Positions 16,196-25,687 of a stretch of 36,488 bases of DNA are shown here, piece after piece. The DNA is from Deltaproteobacteria bacterium (GTDB lineage Bacteria > Desulfobacterota > GWC2-55-46). The notes under the pieces are model-generated. The model worked only from the letters and a program-made list of their open reading frames with translations. It was not told where the DNA came from and ran no database searches. Numbering within the stretch: the first letter of the stretch is position 1; each line of letters begins with the position of its first letter. The position numbers were made by a program, and so were the translations under genes. The stretch lies in NCBI GenBank assembly GCA_016218095.1, contig JACREV010000086.1:1-36488 (forward strand), in the 5' to 3' direction.

Positions 16196-17317
16196 TTACC
16201 TGTTGTGAAATTCCGCGATCTTCGCGACGACGTACTCCTGCTGAACTGGCTTCAACTCCGCGTAAATGGGGAGCGCCAGCACCTCTTTGGCGGCAGATTC
16301 GGAGGCCGGGAAAGAGCCCTTCCCGTAGCCGAGGTACTTGAAGCACTTCTGCATGTGGAGGCTTAAGGGGTAGTAGACCTCGGACCCGACTCCCTCGCCT
16401 CCTAGCCAGGCCCTGAGTTCGTCCCTCTTTTTAACCCTTATCACGTACTGGTTGTAGACCGAGCGGTTCCACCCTTCGACATGCGGGAGCGCGACCGCGC
16501 CTTCGAGCCCCGCCTTTTTAAACAGCCTCGTGTACCGCTCCGCGTTCTTTATGCGCGCCTCCGTCCACTTTTCGAGGTATTTGAGCTTTACGCGGAGGAC
16601 TGCGGCCTGCAGTTCATCGAGCCTGCTGTTCGCGCCGACCTCTTCGTGGTAGTAGCGGACTCTCGAGCCGTGGACGCGGAGCATCCTGAGCTTATCTGCC
16701 AATCTATCGTTATTGGTCGTCGCCATGCCTCCGTCGCCGAAGCAACCGAGGTTCTTCGTCGGGTAGAACGAGAAACAGCCGATGTCGCCGATAGCCCCCG
16801 CTTTTTTTCCCCTGTACTCGGCGCCGATCGACTGGGCCGCGTCCTCGATGACGGCAATGCCCTTCTTTTTGCAGACCGAGTTTATCGGGGCCATCTCGGC
16901 GCACTGTCCGTATAGATGGACCGGTATGACGGCCTTTATGGACTTTGTCTTTTTTATGACGGACGCAAGCGCGTCCGGGTCGATATTGTATGTGCGCGGG
17001 TCTATGTCGACGAATACCGGGATTGCGCCGAGACGGGCGATCGAGCCGGCCGTGGCGAAGAAGGTGAACGGGGTCGTAGCCACCTTGTCCCCCTGCTTCA
17101 CGCCCGCGGCCATGAGCGCGAGGAGTATCGCGTCGGTCCCGGAGGCGACGCCTATCGCGTGCCTTGCGCCGCAGTACGAGGCTATTTCGGCTTCTAACCC
17201 GGCGACGTTCTTTCCGAGGACATAATGCTGGGAATCGCAGACGGCCTTTATTTCCTTGAGGACTTCACTTTTTATCTTATTATATTGAGCGGCGAGATTG
17301 AGCAGCTGTACTTTCAA
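16196..17317 (-). CDS. DegT/DnrJ/EryC1/StrS-family PLP-dependent sugar aminotransferase
   Basis: Typical N-terminus ([15 protein letters not shown]...[11 protein letters not shown]...[14 protein letters not shown]) and the [12 protein letters not shown]-lysine motif. Confidence 0.9.
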   Translation of the reverse strand: MKVQLLNLAAQYNKIKSEVLKEIKAVCDSQHYVLGKNVAGLEAEIASYCGARHAIGVASGTDAILLALMAAGVKQGDKVATTPFTFFATAGSIARLGAIPVFVDIDPRTYNIDPDALASVIKKTKSIKAVIPVHLYGQCAEMAPINSVCKKKGIAVIEDAAQSIGAEYRGKKAGAIGDIGCFSFYPTKNLGCFGDGGMATTNNDRLADKLRMLRVHGSRVRYYHEEVGANSRLDELQAAVLRVKLKYLEKWTEARIKNAERYTRLFKKAGLEGAVALPHVEGWNRSVYNQYVIRVKKRDELRAWLGGEGVGSEVYYPLSLHMQKCFKYLGYGKGSFPASESAAKEVLALPIYAELKPVQQEYVVAKIAEFHNR

Positions 17318-17343
17318 AACCCTGTCTCCTGTATATTTTATTT

Positions 17344-17775
17344 TCAGACCCGCTTCGGCCTCGCGGGCTCTTCCCTCTCGATGGCCTTGCGGGCGTTATC
17401 GACTATGCCGTTTATGAACGCGCCGGACTCGGCTGACCCGAATTTTTTCGCGAGCTCGACGGCCTCGTCTATGACCGCCTTGTACGGGACGTCGGAATAT
17501 TTAAGCTCGTAGACGGCTACCCGGAGGATGTTCCTGTCCACGACCGCCATCCGCTCGACCGTCCAGTTGTCGGAGTGCGCCTCAATGGCCGAGTCTATCT
17601 CCGCCCTATGGTCGACTACGCCCTTTATGAGCCTCTCGCAATACAGGCGCGCCTCCGTCCCCTCGGCGAGCCCTTCCATCTCGGAGCCGTAGTATTCGGA
17701 CGATGCGTCCGCGGCCACGTCCATCCTGTATAGGACCTGGAGGGCTGTTTCCCTCGCCTTTCTTCTTACATTCAT
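17344..17775 (-). CDS. nusB: transcription antitermination factor NusB
   Basis: [15 protein letters not shown]...ILRVAVYEL...[14 protein letters not shown] signature. Conserved position after ribH. Confidence 0.9.
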   Translation of the reverse strand: MNVRRKARETALQVLYRMDVAADASSEYYGSEMEGLAEGTEARLYCERLIKGVVDHRAEIDSAIEAHSDNWTVERMAVVDRNILRVAVYELKYSDVPYKAVIDEAVELAKKFGSAESGAFINGIVDNARKAIEREEPARPKRV

Positions 17776-17801
17776 TCTTTTTTTCCGGAAAGCCCCTTGG
17801 T

Positions 17802-18275
17802 TTATTTCTTCTTTAAAGTCTTCAAAAGATTAGCCATCTCCATGGCGGTCAACGCCGCGTCCCTGCCCTTGTTGCCGGATTTGGTCCCGGCACGCTCTAT
17901 CGCCTGTTCGAGGTTGTCGGCGGTTATGACGCCGAAGGATACGGGGGTGCCTGAGTCGAGCGCGACCCTCGCTATGCCCTTTGCGGCCTCTCCGGCGACA
18001 TAGTCGAAGTGGGGCGTGCCGCCCCTGATGACGCACCCGAGACAGACTATGGCGTCGTACTTGTTCGACGCCGCGAGCGCCTTGGCGACCACGGGCATCT
18101 CGTAGGAGCCGGGGACTTTTACGACATCGACGTCGTCTTCAGCCCCGCCGCTCCGGAAGATGGTGTCGAGCGCGCCTTCGAGGAGCCTACCGCTTATGAA
18201 GTCGTTGAACCTGCCAACCACGAGCGCGAACTTGAGACCCTTTGCTGTAAGGTTTCCTTCGATCGTCCTCGGCAT
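17802..18275 (-). CDS. ribH: 6,7-dimethyl-8-ribityllumazine synthase
   Basis: [12 protein letters not shown]...VPGSYEMP...[15 protein letters not shown] signature. Confidence 0.95.
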   Translation of the reverse strand: MPRTIEGNLTAKGLKFALVVGRFNDFISGRLLEGALDTIFRSGGAEDDVDVVKVPGSYEMPVVAKALAASNKYDAIVCLGCVIRGGTPHFDYVAGEAAKGIARVALDSGTPVSFGVITADNLEQAIERAGTKSGNKGRDAALTAMEMANLLKTLKKK

Positions 18276-18382
18276 AAAGCCAGCCTCCTTGTGCTCGGCG
18301 CGCGGCCAGTTTTCGTTTCGGCGGGATTTATCCGGTCGAACGACTTTGCCGCTCCGGCAATGGGATAATGTTTCCTGATTCC

Positions 18383-18426
18383 AAAAATAAAAAACCGGAC
18401 CCGCCCCCCGTCAAACGGGGGCGGCC
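18383..18426 (-). terminator. hairpin plus U-run between ribBA and ribH
   Basis: CCGCCCCCG (18401-18409) / CGGGGGCGG (18416-18424). On the minus strand it is followed by TTTTTTATTTTT. Confidence 0.5.
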
Positions 18427-18511
18427 CCTGGTCACGGTCCTGAAATGCCGACGGCCTAAAGCATGTGAGCCGATGAAAAAAGCCCTCTGCCGCTCCTCCG
18501 CCCCTCTGCCC

Positions 18512-19753
18512 CTACTTCGTCGTCTTTCCCGGGACCGCTTCGAACGAGTCGAGGTTCGTGAGGAGGTGCCCCATCTTCTCTTTCTTCACGCGGAGATAAT
18601 TGACGTTCTTCGCGTGAGGGGTCGACTCTATCGGTACCCTTTCGACGACCTCCAATCCGTAGCCTTCGAGGCCGACTATCTTCTTCGGGTTGTTCGTGAT
18701 GATGCGCATCTTGCGGACCCCGAGGTCGAGGAGTATCTGCGCGCCTATGCCGTAGTCGCGCAAGTCCGCCTTGAAGCCGAGCCTCTCGTTAGCCTCAACG
18801 GTGTCGAGCCCCGCGTCCTGAAGCGTGTACGCCTTCAATTTGTTCACAAGCCCTATGCCGCGCCCCTCCTGGTGCATGTACAGGAGGATGCCCTTGCCCG
18901 CCTTCTCTATCATCTTCATCGCGCCCTTCAACTGCTCGCCGCAGTCGCACCTCTCGCTCCCGAAGACGTCTCCTGTGAGGCACTCGGAATGCACGCGGAC
19001 GAGCACCGGCTCATCCGGCCTTATCTCTCCCTTTACGAGCGCGAGGTGCTCGTGAAAGTCTATGTCGTTGGTGTAGGCTACGGCCCTGAACTCCCCGCCG
19101 TACCTCGAAGGTATAAGCGCCTCGGCGGCCCTGTGGACGAGGAGGTCTTTCTTCAACCTGTACTCTATTATGTCGGCTATGGTCACTATCATGAGCCCGT
19201 GCTCTTTGGCAAAGACCTCAAGGTCCGGCATGCGGGCCATGGTGCCGTCCTCGTTCATTATCTCGCAGATGATCCCCGCGGGACGCAGGCCCGCGAGGCG
19301 CGACAAGTCTATCGAGCCCTCGGTCTGGCCCGTGCGGACCAGCACCCCGCCCTTTCTCGCGCGTAACGGAAATATGTGGCCGGGCCTCGCGAGGTCTTCC
19401 GGTCTCGCCTTGTCCTGTATGGCGGTAAGTATCGTCACCGCCCTGTCGGAGGCGGAGATGCCGGTCGTGACGTCCTTCTTCGCGTCGATAGAAACCGTGA
19501 ACGCGGTCCTGTACAGCGAGGTATTGTCCTCGACCATGGGTTTCAGGTCGAGGACGTCGGCCTTCTCTTCGGTGAGCGTCAGGCATATGAGGCCGCGCCC
19601 GTACTTGGCCATGAAGTTTATCGCCTCGGGGGTGGCGAGCTCGGCGGCCATGCAGAGGTCGCCCTCGTTCTCCCGGTCCTCGTCGTCGACGAGGATGACG
19701 ATCCTGCCTTCCCTTATCTGCCTTAAGGCCTCTTCTATTCTCTTTATGGACAT
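18512..19753 (-). CDS. ribBA: bifunctional 3,4-dihydroxy-2-butanone-4-phosphate synthase / GTP cyclohydrolase II
   Basis: DHBP synthase N-half ([11 protein letters not shown]) and GCH-II C-half ([21 protein letters not shown]). Confidence 0.95.
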   Translation of the reverse strand: MSIKRIEEALRQIREGRIVILVDDEDRENEGDLCMAAELATPEAINFMAKYGRGLICLTLTEEKADVLDLKPMVEDNTSLYRTAFTVSIDAKKDVTTGISASDRAVTILTAIQDKARPEDLARPGHIFPLRARKGGVLVRTGQTEGSIDLSRLAGLRPAGIICEIMNEDGTMARMPDLEVFAKEHGLMIVTIADIIEYRLKKDLLVHRAAEALIPSRYGGEFRAVAYTNDIDFHEHLALVKGEIRPDEPVLVRVHSECLTGDVFGSERCDCGEQLKGAMKMIEKAGKGILLYMHQEGRGIGLVNKLKAYTLQDAGLDTVEANERLGFKADLRDYGIGAQILLDLGVRKMRIITNNPKKIVGLEGYGLEVVERVPIESTPHAKNVNYLRVKKEKMGHLLTNLDSFEAVPGKTTK

Positions 19754-19757
19754 GCTT

Positions 19758-20408
19758 TTAAAGCTCCTGCTTTTTTAAAAAACCGTGCTCGGCGAGGAAG
19801 TCTTCAGTGACGCCTTTTTTCCCGGCTGAAAAATACCTCTCGACATACTTCCCGATGACGTCGGTCTCGATATTCACCTTTGCGCCTTCGGGCTTGTCCA
19901 GGAGGGTGGTCTTCTTGAACGTGTGGGGGATTATCGCGGCCCTTATGCCTTCACGGGTTATCTCCGCGATTGTGAGGCTTATCCCGTCTATGGCTATCGA
20001 GCCCTTCTTTACGACCTGGCCCATGAGAACGGACGGGACCTCGACCTCGAGGTCTATCGCCTCCCCCTTCGGCGTTTTTTTGAGTATCATTCCGATGCCG
20101 TCGACGTGCCCCGAGACCATGTGGCCGCCGAGGGGTTTCGAGAGCGTGAGCGCGCGCTCGAGGTTGACTCTGCTCCCGGCCTTCAACTCCGCAAGGGTCG
20201 TTACAAGGAGCGTCTCTTCGCTCAAGTCGGCTGTAAAAGCCCCGTGTTCCTTGCCGACTACCGTGAGGCAGGCCCCGTTTATGGCGACGGAGTCGCCTAA
20301 GCAGACTTCATCGAGAGGAAGGGCGGTCTCTATGGTTATTCTACCAAATGCGCCCCTTTTTTCAATGTTTTTTACTCGTCCTACGTCTTCTATTATGCCT
20401 GTGAACAT
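19758..20408 (-). CDS. ribE: riboflavin synthase alpha chain
   Basis: [10 protein letters not shown]... start and the duplicated lumazine-binding repeat ([13 protein letters not shown] / [11 protein letters not shown]). Confidence 0.95.
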   Translation of the reverse strand: MFTGIIEDVGRVKNIEKRGAFGRITIETALPLDEVCLGDSVAINGACLTVVGKEHGAFTADLSEETLLVTTLAELKAGSRVNLERALTLSKPLGGHMVSGHVDGIGMILKKTPKGEAIDLEVEVPSVLMGQVVKKGSIAIDGISLTIAEITREGIRAAIIPHTFKKTTLLDKPEGAKVNIETDVIGKYVERYFSAGKKGVTEDFLAEHGFLKKQEL

Positions 20409-20496
20409 GGCGAAAACCCCGTTTTAAAGCCGATAGAAGGCCAAATACGCTTCCAAACCGCCCCACAAGGCCTTCACCTTGTCAATGGGAGGAGAT

Positions 20497-21582
20497 CTAA
20501 ACCGGATAACCTTCTATCAATATATCGCAACCGGACCTTTTTACAACGACATCCTTCAACTTTGGGGCGGCCTCAAGCCTTCTCAAACCTAAGCTTCCGA
20601 TCGACGGCCTCCCGTCTGCCCCGATGAGCATGGGAGAGATGAAAAAGAGAAACCTATCGACGAGGCCGGCCTTTACAAGGGAGGCCGCAAGAGTCCCGCC
20701 GCCTTCGACGAGGAGGCTTGAGACCTCCATTTTGCCGAGCTCTTTGAGGACCCGTCTGATATCGAGCCCGTCGTTTTTAGCGGGTACGACGACTACCCTC
20801 GCGCCGAGTCCGCGCGCCTTTCTGACCCTTGACGCGCTTGCGCCCATGCCGGTGAATATGACGAGCCTTTCGGGGTTATTTAAGACCTTTGCGCTGAATG
20901 GGGTCTTAAAAGAGCTGTCGAGGACTACTTTCAAGGGGGCCCTGCCCCTGACAAGCCTCACCGTAAGCTCCGGGTCGTCGCGCAGTAGCGTATTGACCCC
21001 GACCATGACGGCGTCGGCCTCAGAGCGTAATCTATGGACCGCCTTCCGGGATGCCTCTCCGGTTATCCACCTCGATTCGCCGGTTGCAATCGCTATCCTG
21101 CCGTCGAGGGTGGAGGCGAGTTTTAAAGTGACGTATGGGGTCTTCGTGGTGATAAACTTCTCGAAGGGCCTGTTTATCGCACGGCATTCTGATTCAAGAA
21201 CGCCGCTATCGACCGCGATGCCGGAGGCCTTGAGCTTCTTTATGCCCCTGCCCGCGACGAGCGGGTTCGGGTCTTTCGCGCCGATTACCACCCTTTTTAT
21301 CCCGGCGCTTATTACGGCGTCGCCGCAGGGCGGAGTGCGCCCGTAGTGTACGCACGGCTCTAACGTCACATAGAGGGTGGCGCCTTTGACGCCGCCTTTC
21401 GCGGACCTTAACGCCTCTATCTCAGCGTGCGGGAGCCCCGCCTTCCTGTGCCAGCCGGACCCGATAACCTTTCCGTTTTTTACTATGACCGCGCCCACGG
21501 CGGGATTGGGGGATGTTTTTCCGATGCCCTTTTTGGCGAGCCGGAGGGCGAGGCTCATGAACAGTTCGTCGTCAGGCTTCAC
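20497..21582 (-). CDS. ribD: bifunctional riboflavin biosynthesis deaminase/reductase RibD
   Basis: CMP/dCMP deaminase zinc motif (HAEIEAL...[14 protein letters not shown]) plus the RibD C-terminal reductase domain. The GTG start overlaps the nrdR stop (GTGA). Confidence 0.95.
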   Translation of the reverse strand: MKPDDELFMSLALRLAKKGIGKTSPNPAVGAVIVKNGKVIGSGWHRKAGLPHAEIEALRSAKGGVKGATLYVTLEPCVHYGRTPPCGDAVISAGIKRVVIGAKDPNPLVAGRGIKKLKASGIAVDSGVLESECRAINRPFEKFITTKTPYVTLKLASTLDGRIAIATGESRWITGEASRKAVHRLRSEADAVMVGVNTLLRDDPELTVRLVRGRAPLKVVLDSSFKTPFSAKVLNNPERLVIFTGMGASASRVRKARGLGARVVVVPAKNDGLDIRRVLKELGKMEVSSLLVEGGGTLAASLVKAGLVDRFLFFISPMLIGADGRPSIGSLGLRRLEAAPKLKDVVVKRSGCDILIEGYPV

Positions 21583-22046
21583 TTCGACCCCTTCTTCACG
21601 TCGAGGAGGTCCTTCAATTCCTTCATGAACTCGTTTATGTCGCGGAACTCCCTGTAGACCGAGGCGAACCTCACGTACGCGACCTCATCGAGCCTTTTGA
21701 GCTCTTCCATCACCGCCTCCCCTATGGAAGACGAAGGTATCTCCCTCTCGCCGGAATCCAGAAACCTCATCTCGAGCTTGTCGGCGGCCTTCTCCATCTC
21801 CTCCATCGACACCGGCCGTTTCTCGCAGGCCTTCACTATGCCGCCGAGTATCTTGCCCCTGTCGAATGACTCCCTCGTCCCGTCTTTTTTAACGACGAGG
21901 GGGAGGGTCTCCTCGACCCGCTCGTAGGTGGTGAAGCGTTTGGCGCACCCGAGGCATTCTCTGCGCCTCCGGGTGGTGGAGCCGTCCTGAGAGAGCCTGG
22001 AATCTATGACCTTGTCTTCGAGAAAGCCGCAGAATGGACACTTCAT
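21579..22046 (-). CDS. nrdR: transcriptional repressor NrdR
   Basis: MKCPFCG...(zinc ribbon)...[12 protein letters not shown] plus an ATP-cone domain. Confidence 0.95.
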   Translation of the reverse strand: MKCPFCGFLEDKVIDSRLSQDGSTTRRRRECLGCAKRFTTYERVEETLPLVVKKDGTRESFDRGKILGGIVKACEKRPVSMEEMEKAADKLEMRFLDSGEREIPSSSIGEAVMEELKRLDEVAYVRFASVYREFRDINEFMKELKDLLDVKKGSK

Positions 22047-22141
22047 AATGGGGCAATATACAAAAGAAAGGCGGAAAAGACAAGAGGTTTGAGGGGTTCG
22101 TGGCGGGCCATCTACGCTTGCCCATTATCGAAAGCGCGGTC

Positions 22142-22220
22142 GTCATTGCGGGGAGCTTCAGCTCCGGGGACCCGCTGGTGCCGTCTCTTAAGGATAAGAT
22201 CGCCTTGCACTCGCGATGGC
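22142..22220. repeat. degenerate family-A inverted repeat
   Basis: GTCATTGCGGGG (22142-22153) ... CTCGCGATGGC (22210-22220), with inner palindrome GGAGCT-TC-AGCTCC. Diverged relative to 15045-15132. Confidence 0.4.
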
Positions 22221-22334
22221 TGCATTCACCGCACCGAAAAAACGGATCTCCCCGACAGGGGTCGGCGGTCCTCAGCCCCCCCCCGGACAGCCTATCCATC
22301 ACCAGACAGGAGTCTGGTGTTTTATCGGCTAAAT

Positions 22335-22363
22335 AAAAAAGGGCCCCCTTAGGGGCCCTTTTG
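22335..22363 (-). terminator. rho-independent terminator after hup
   Basis: AAGGGCCCC (22339-22347) / GGGGCCCTT (22352-22360). On the minus strand it is followed by TTTTTTATTT. Confidence 0.6.
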
Positions 22364-22404
22364 TCTATGTGCGATGGTTAGATGAGTCCGCGCGCGTAAC
22401 GAGG

Positions 22405-22692
22405 TTACTTATCGCCGAGCACCGCGTCCTTGCAGGCCTTGGCGACCCTGAACTTCACCACCTTCTTTGCGGGTATCTTTATCGCGGCGCCGGTCTGGGG
22501 GTTCCTGCCCATGCGCGCCTTCCTCTTCACGAGCACGAGTTTGCCTACCCCGGGTATCGTGAACGAGTTCTTGGCTTCCTTGTAGGAGAGCTGGGCAAGC
22601 TGATTGATCATCTCGCCGGCGATCTTCTTGGTAACGCCCACCTTCTTTGCCAACTGATCCGCGATCTGTGACTTCGTTAGTGCCTTTCCCAT
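22405..22692 (-). CDS. hup: HU/IHF-family nucleoid-associated DNA-binding protein
   Basis: 95 aa; GFGKF-like arm (IPGVGKLVLVKRKARMGRNPQTGAAIKIPAKKVVKF) typical of HU. Confidence 0.9.
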   Translation of the reverse strand: MGKALTKSQIADQLAKKVGVTKKIAGEMINQLAQLSYKEAKNSFTIPGVGKLVLVKRKARMGRNPQTGAAIKIPAKKVVKFRVAKACKDAVLGDK

Positions 22693-23090
22693 CTGAACCT
22701 CCTGTTTTTTTAATAAGAGATTTTTGAAATCCGCGCCGCGCCTGCCCCGCGGTCCGCACCCTTGAACGCCGACGGATGTATTCTCGATGTTGCGCCCGCG
22801 GCCATTGTGCCCCTCTTTTCAAACGCCGCCCGGCCCTTCAAGATCTGCCCGGCTGTTCATGATTCGCGCCCGTTCAGGCTGCGCCGCCCCTTTGTTTACG
22901 CGGTCTCTGTAATTTAGGGTTACTTATTCATACAATTTTTTTTAACCATTTGCAAGAACAAAAGTAGAAAAATTTTTTCCGTCACGGTGCGCTAACCCGC
23001 GCGCGCCGGGCCTCGAAGGCCCCTTTCCCGCAACTCATCCCCGCCCCTTTCCGCCTCTCAAGAAAATCGGCGCGTCCATTTTATTTTTCA

Positions 23091-23120
23091 TTGACACGCC
23101 GCCCAACGAATGTTAATAAT
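23091..23120 (+). promoter_or_regulatory. candidate promoter for tRNA-Ala
   Basis: TTGACA (23091-23096), 18-nt spacer, AATAAT (23115-23120), preceded by a T-rich UP-like tract. About 50 nt upstream of the tRNA. Confidence 0.45.
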
Positions 23121-23172
23121 AGCTATTACGCCCCCGGCGGCTACTTGAGCCGAAGGGGCTTCGACAATTCAA

Positions 23173-23248
23173 GGGGCAGTAGCTCAGTTGGGAGAGCGCA
23201 AGGCTGGCAGTCTTGAGGTCAGGGGTTCGATCCCCCTCTGCTCCACCA
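23173..23248 (+). tRNA. tRNA-Ala (anticodon GGC), CCA encoded
   Basis: A 76-nt cloverleaf folds by hand. Acceptor GGGGCAG/CTGCTCC with the G3:U70 Ala identity pair; D-arm TAGCTCAGTTGGGAGAGC; anticodon loop CT-GGC-AG; T-arm GGGGTTCGATCCCC; 3' ACCA. Confidence 0.95.
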
Positions 23249-23258
23249 GTAAAATAAA

Positions 23259-23294
23259 GGGGTTAGCCAACATTGGTTAGCCCCTTTTCTTTTG
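23259..23294 (+). terminator. rho-independent terminator after tRNA-Ala
   Basis: GGGGTTAGCCAA (23259-23270) / TTGGTTAGCCCC (23274-23285): 12 bp including 2 G-U pairs, followed by TTTTCTTTT. Confidence 0.55.
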
Positions 23295-23295
23295 T

Positions 23296-23460
23296 ATTGT
23301 ATAGTTTTTGTATAGTTGGTTTTTCGGTCAAGGCCGCTTCGAGTATTTCAACTGCCTTGACCTTATGCGCCGGGGCAAGTGTGCATAGCGGTGGGTCATT
23401 GTAAGGGTCTTGTGGCCTAATAGCCCCCTGTAAAGGCATGCGGAGGAGCGATCCTCCTTT
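23296..23460 (-). pseudogene. C-terminal remnant of a tyrosine recombinase (phage-type integrase), frameshifted and 5'-truncated
   Basis: Three pieces in alternating frames join into ...GGSLLRMPLQG | LLGHKTLTMTHRYAHL | APAHKVKAVEILE.... This is the integrase box II with the catalytic Tyr. Frameshifts lie near 23424 and 23378. The N-terminal ~80% is absent. Confidence 0.65.
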
Positions 23461-23494
23461 AATATGAAAGGTACCGCCTCGCCAAATCGTACTT

Positions 23495-24565
23495 TCAAAC
23501 AGACTCCCACTCGAGTTTTCTTTTTCTCTGCTGACAATCCCGGCAAAGGCCGTCAATCATCCCGATCGAGATCCCGCCGCACCCCCCGCACTCTTGCGCC
23601 TCAAAACCCATAAGAGTTTTCGTGAGCCGCAATTCTTCGACCTGTCCTGACTTTAAAGTGAATGACTTCACGGCGGCATTACGGCAGGCTGACTCGCATA
23701 GCCCGCATCCGATGCATCTGCATGCCTTGAAGGTTATTTCCGCAGACCCGCCTTCCGCGGAGTACTCAAGGGCGTCCGTCGGGCAGAAGCTCACGCACCT
23801 AATGAGGCCGTTGCAGCCGTCGCACTTGTCCGCGTCTATCTCCTTTCCAATAAAAGGCAGGGGCACGCACGGGTCTATATTGCGCTGTCCTTCCTCAAGC
23901 TCCCTTATTATTTCAAGGGACCTTCGTTGTCTGGCAGGGACCGGGCCGGGGTCACGGTCCCGTTCGGGATCCTCCGGTTCAGGGACGAACCTTGAGATCG
24001 CCCTACCTATCCCCCTGAACATCTCCCGCCTTGGACCGCTCTCAAGGTCATGCCGGTCAGCCGACCTTGTCAGAAATATCCTCTCCCTCCTTCCAAATAG
24101 AAGGAGCAACCTGTTCGCGGCATCGATATTGGACCGGATGATCCCGCCTCCCGTGGCCCTGCCGCAATTTTCGCAATCGCCTGCAAGGAGCCCCAGGTCT
24201 TTCGCGCTCTTTAAACAGAGGGCGTCAAGAAAGGCGTAATCCAGCGCCCCGAGGCAAGTGACTGCGGCAGAGCGCCCTCCCGCACTGGAACACCTGATGC
24301 GCAACTCTTTGCCGGTATCCGAAACCGCCTGGCTGGCTACTTCCGCTAGAAAACTCTCCTTAACGCTCAACGCTCCTGCCGGACACGCGTTCGCGCATAT
24401 GCCGCAGTCGTCGCAAAGGCCGTAGTCTATCTCAAGCGGATTTAGAGTGATCGCCCGCTTGGTGCAGACGTCCAGGCATGGATGACCGGAATAGTCCTTG
24501 TAACGGCCAGGCAGGCACTTCCCTGGCGCAACCCTGAGCTTATCGAGAAAACGCATCTGACTCAT
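23495..24565 (-). CDS. cytoplasmic multi-[4Fe-4S] ferredoxin-domain protein (NapF-like polyferredoxin)
   Basis: CDDCGICANACP, CDGC..C..FCP and CIGCGLCESAC motifs, plus further Cys groups and a C-terminal CGGCGG...CRDC ribbon. No signal peptide. Overlaps the TorD-like gene. Confidence 0.7.
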   Translation of the reverse strand: MSQMRFLDKLRVAPGKCLPGRYKDYSGHPCLDVCTKRAITLNPLEIDYGLCDDCGICANACPAGALSVKESFLAEVASQAVSDTGKELRIRCSSAGGRSAAVTCLGALDYAFLDALCLKSAKDLGLLAGDCENCGRATGGGIIRSNIDAANRLLLLFGRRERIFLTRSADRHDLESGPRREMFRGIGRAISRFVPEPEDPERDRDPGPVPARQRRSLEIIRELEEGQRNIDPCVPLPFIGKEIDADKCDGCNGLIRCVSFCPTDALEYSAEGGSAEITFKACRCIGCGLCESACRNAAVKSFTLKSGQVEELRLTKTLMGFEAQECGGCGGISIGMIDGLCRDCQQRKRKLEWESV

Positions 24566-25196
24566 GGAATATCCACTCCAGCTCCGAATCGATGAATTGC
24601 CCGGTAAAACAGGCTATCTCCCTGTAAAAGGCATGCACCATCGCCCGTTCCACCTTCTGGAGGAAAGGCCTGCACCATCTTCCAAGGTGCGCTTTCATGA
24701 ATTCCGACTGGAGCCTTTTTGCATGCCCGGCCCCCTCCGCGTCGCCCTTTTCAAGCGACGAGGCTTCCATCGCGCACAGATGTCCCATGAACTCAAGCTC
24801 TATGCCGAAGTGATCAGGGAACAGGGAACATGCTTCAGGCATGCTGAAGCCGCTCTTCTTATAAAACAGGAGCACACGGCTTGAGGCATCCCCGCATAAC
24901 TGTCCTTCGGTCGAGGCCTGGACCGATTCGTATGGCGAAAGAAATGCCCCTGAGGAAAGAAGACACGACGCAAATTCGACCGCAAGCTCTTCTATTATCT
25001 CATCGTCTTTTCTGCCTTCAAACCCCTCCAGCAACCTCTCGGAGAAGGCCCCGACGATGTTCCCGTCCCTCAACGCCTGAAGGAACGGCAGGTCCACTTC
25101 TCTCAAAAATACCCTTGAGGCGAGTGAATAGAGGCCCTGCCTTGCCTCTGCCTCCGTTATCGCCTCAAACCCTGGACGGGTAGCTGTCATTTGCAT
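24540..25196 (-). CDS. TorD/DmsD/NarJ-family redox-enzyme maturation chaperone
   Basis: 218 aa, all-helical. N-terminal ...RQGLYSLASRVFLREVD..FLQAL... and central ...PDHFGIELEFMGHL... as in TorD-family chaperones. GGAG lies upstream of the ATG. Confidence 0.7.
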   Translation of the reverse strand: MQMTATRPGFEAITEAEARQGLYSLASRVFLREVDLPFLQALRDGNIVGAFSERLLEGFEGRKDDEIIEELAVEFASCLLSSGAFLSPYESVQASTEGQLCGDASSRVLLFYKKSGFSMPEACSLFPDHFGIELEFMGHLCAMEASSLEKGDAEGAGHAKRLQSEFMKAHLGRWCRPFLQKVERAMVHAFYREIACFTGQFIDSELEWIFHESDAFSR

Positions 25197-25687
25197 CCCT
25201 TTATCTCCGGTTCCGGCGGCGGGAGCTCGGCGTCAGGCCGTACCGGCCTGCCCTCTTTGCCGTATCTGAAATAGGGCGCGCCCTCGCAGATCCCCTCAAG
25301 GTGCCTGCCGGTGTTGTAGTAGGCCCTTATCCCGCCGCTCAAGTTGTAAACGTTAAGGCCCTGCTTTTCAAGGACGAGGCAGGCATTCTCGCTACGCCTG
25401 CCCGAGGCGCAGTAGACGATTACCGTCTTTTCGCCGTCAATCCCCGCCGCCCTTTTTGTGAGAACGGACACAGGGATATTTATGCTCCCCGGTATCCTGC
25501 AATCATTGTACTCGTGAGGCTCCCTCACGTCGACCAGGACCGCTCCACCTTTGGCAAGCATCTTATCCGCGTCAAAGACATATATGTCCTCGCAGGCGGA
25601 CAAGGCGCGCGGGACCAAAAAACCTGCCAGGAGAGCGGCTATCGCGCCCATCGCTTGCACAAGCCTATGCGCTCTTTTTCTTTCCAT
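25187..25687 (-). CDS. rhodanese-domain sulfurtransferase, predicted lipoprotein
   Basis: Rhodanese fold with active-site loop CASGRRS (VLVDVREPHEYN...IVYCASGRRS...NLSGGIRAY). From ATG 25687 the N-terminus MERKRAHRLVQAMGAIAALLAGFLVPRALSAC ends in the lipobox L-S-A-C. Confidence 0.8.
   Translation of the reverse strand: MERKRAHRLVQAMGAIAALLAGFLVPRALSACEDIYVFDADKMLAKGGAVLVDVREPHEYNDCRIPGSINIPVSVLTKRAAGIDGEKTVIVYCASGRRSENACLVLEKQGLNVYNLSGGIRAYYNTGRHLEGICEGAPYFRYGKEGRPVRPDAELPPPEPEIKGCK

Noticed and set aside
16182-16346. 55-codon N-terminal extension of the UDP-glucuronate decarboxylase ORF. Analogous extensions were rejected at 14451..14633, 14912..15049, 25688..25825, 13626..13691 and 7234..7296.
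   Set aside because: The extensions overlap the upstream gene or repeat elements, are Arg/Gly-rich, and precede well-placed SD-start pairs that give canonical N-termini.
22047-22404. FMN riboswitch or other leader RNA upstream of nrdR-ribD. I also checked 18276..18511 and 20409..20496.
   Set aside because: I could not find the conserved FMN-element core on either strand. The region is explained by the hup terminator and a degenerate family-A repeat. Only an Infernal scan could settle this.
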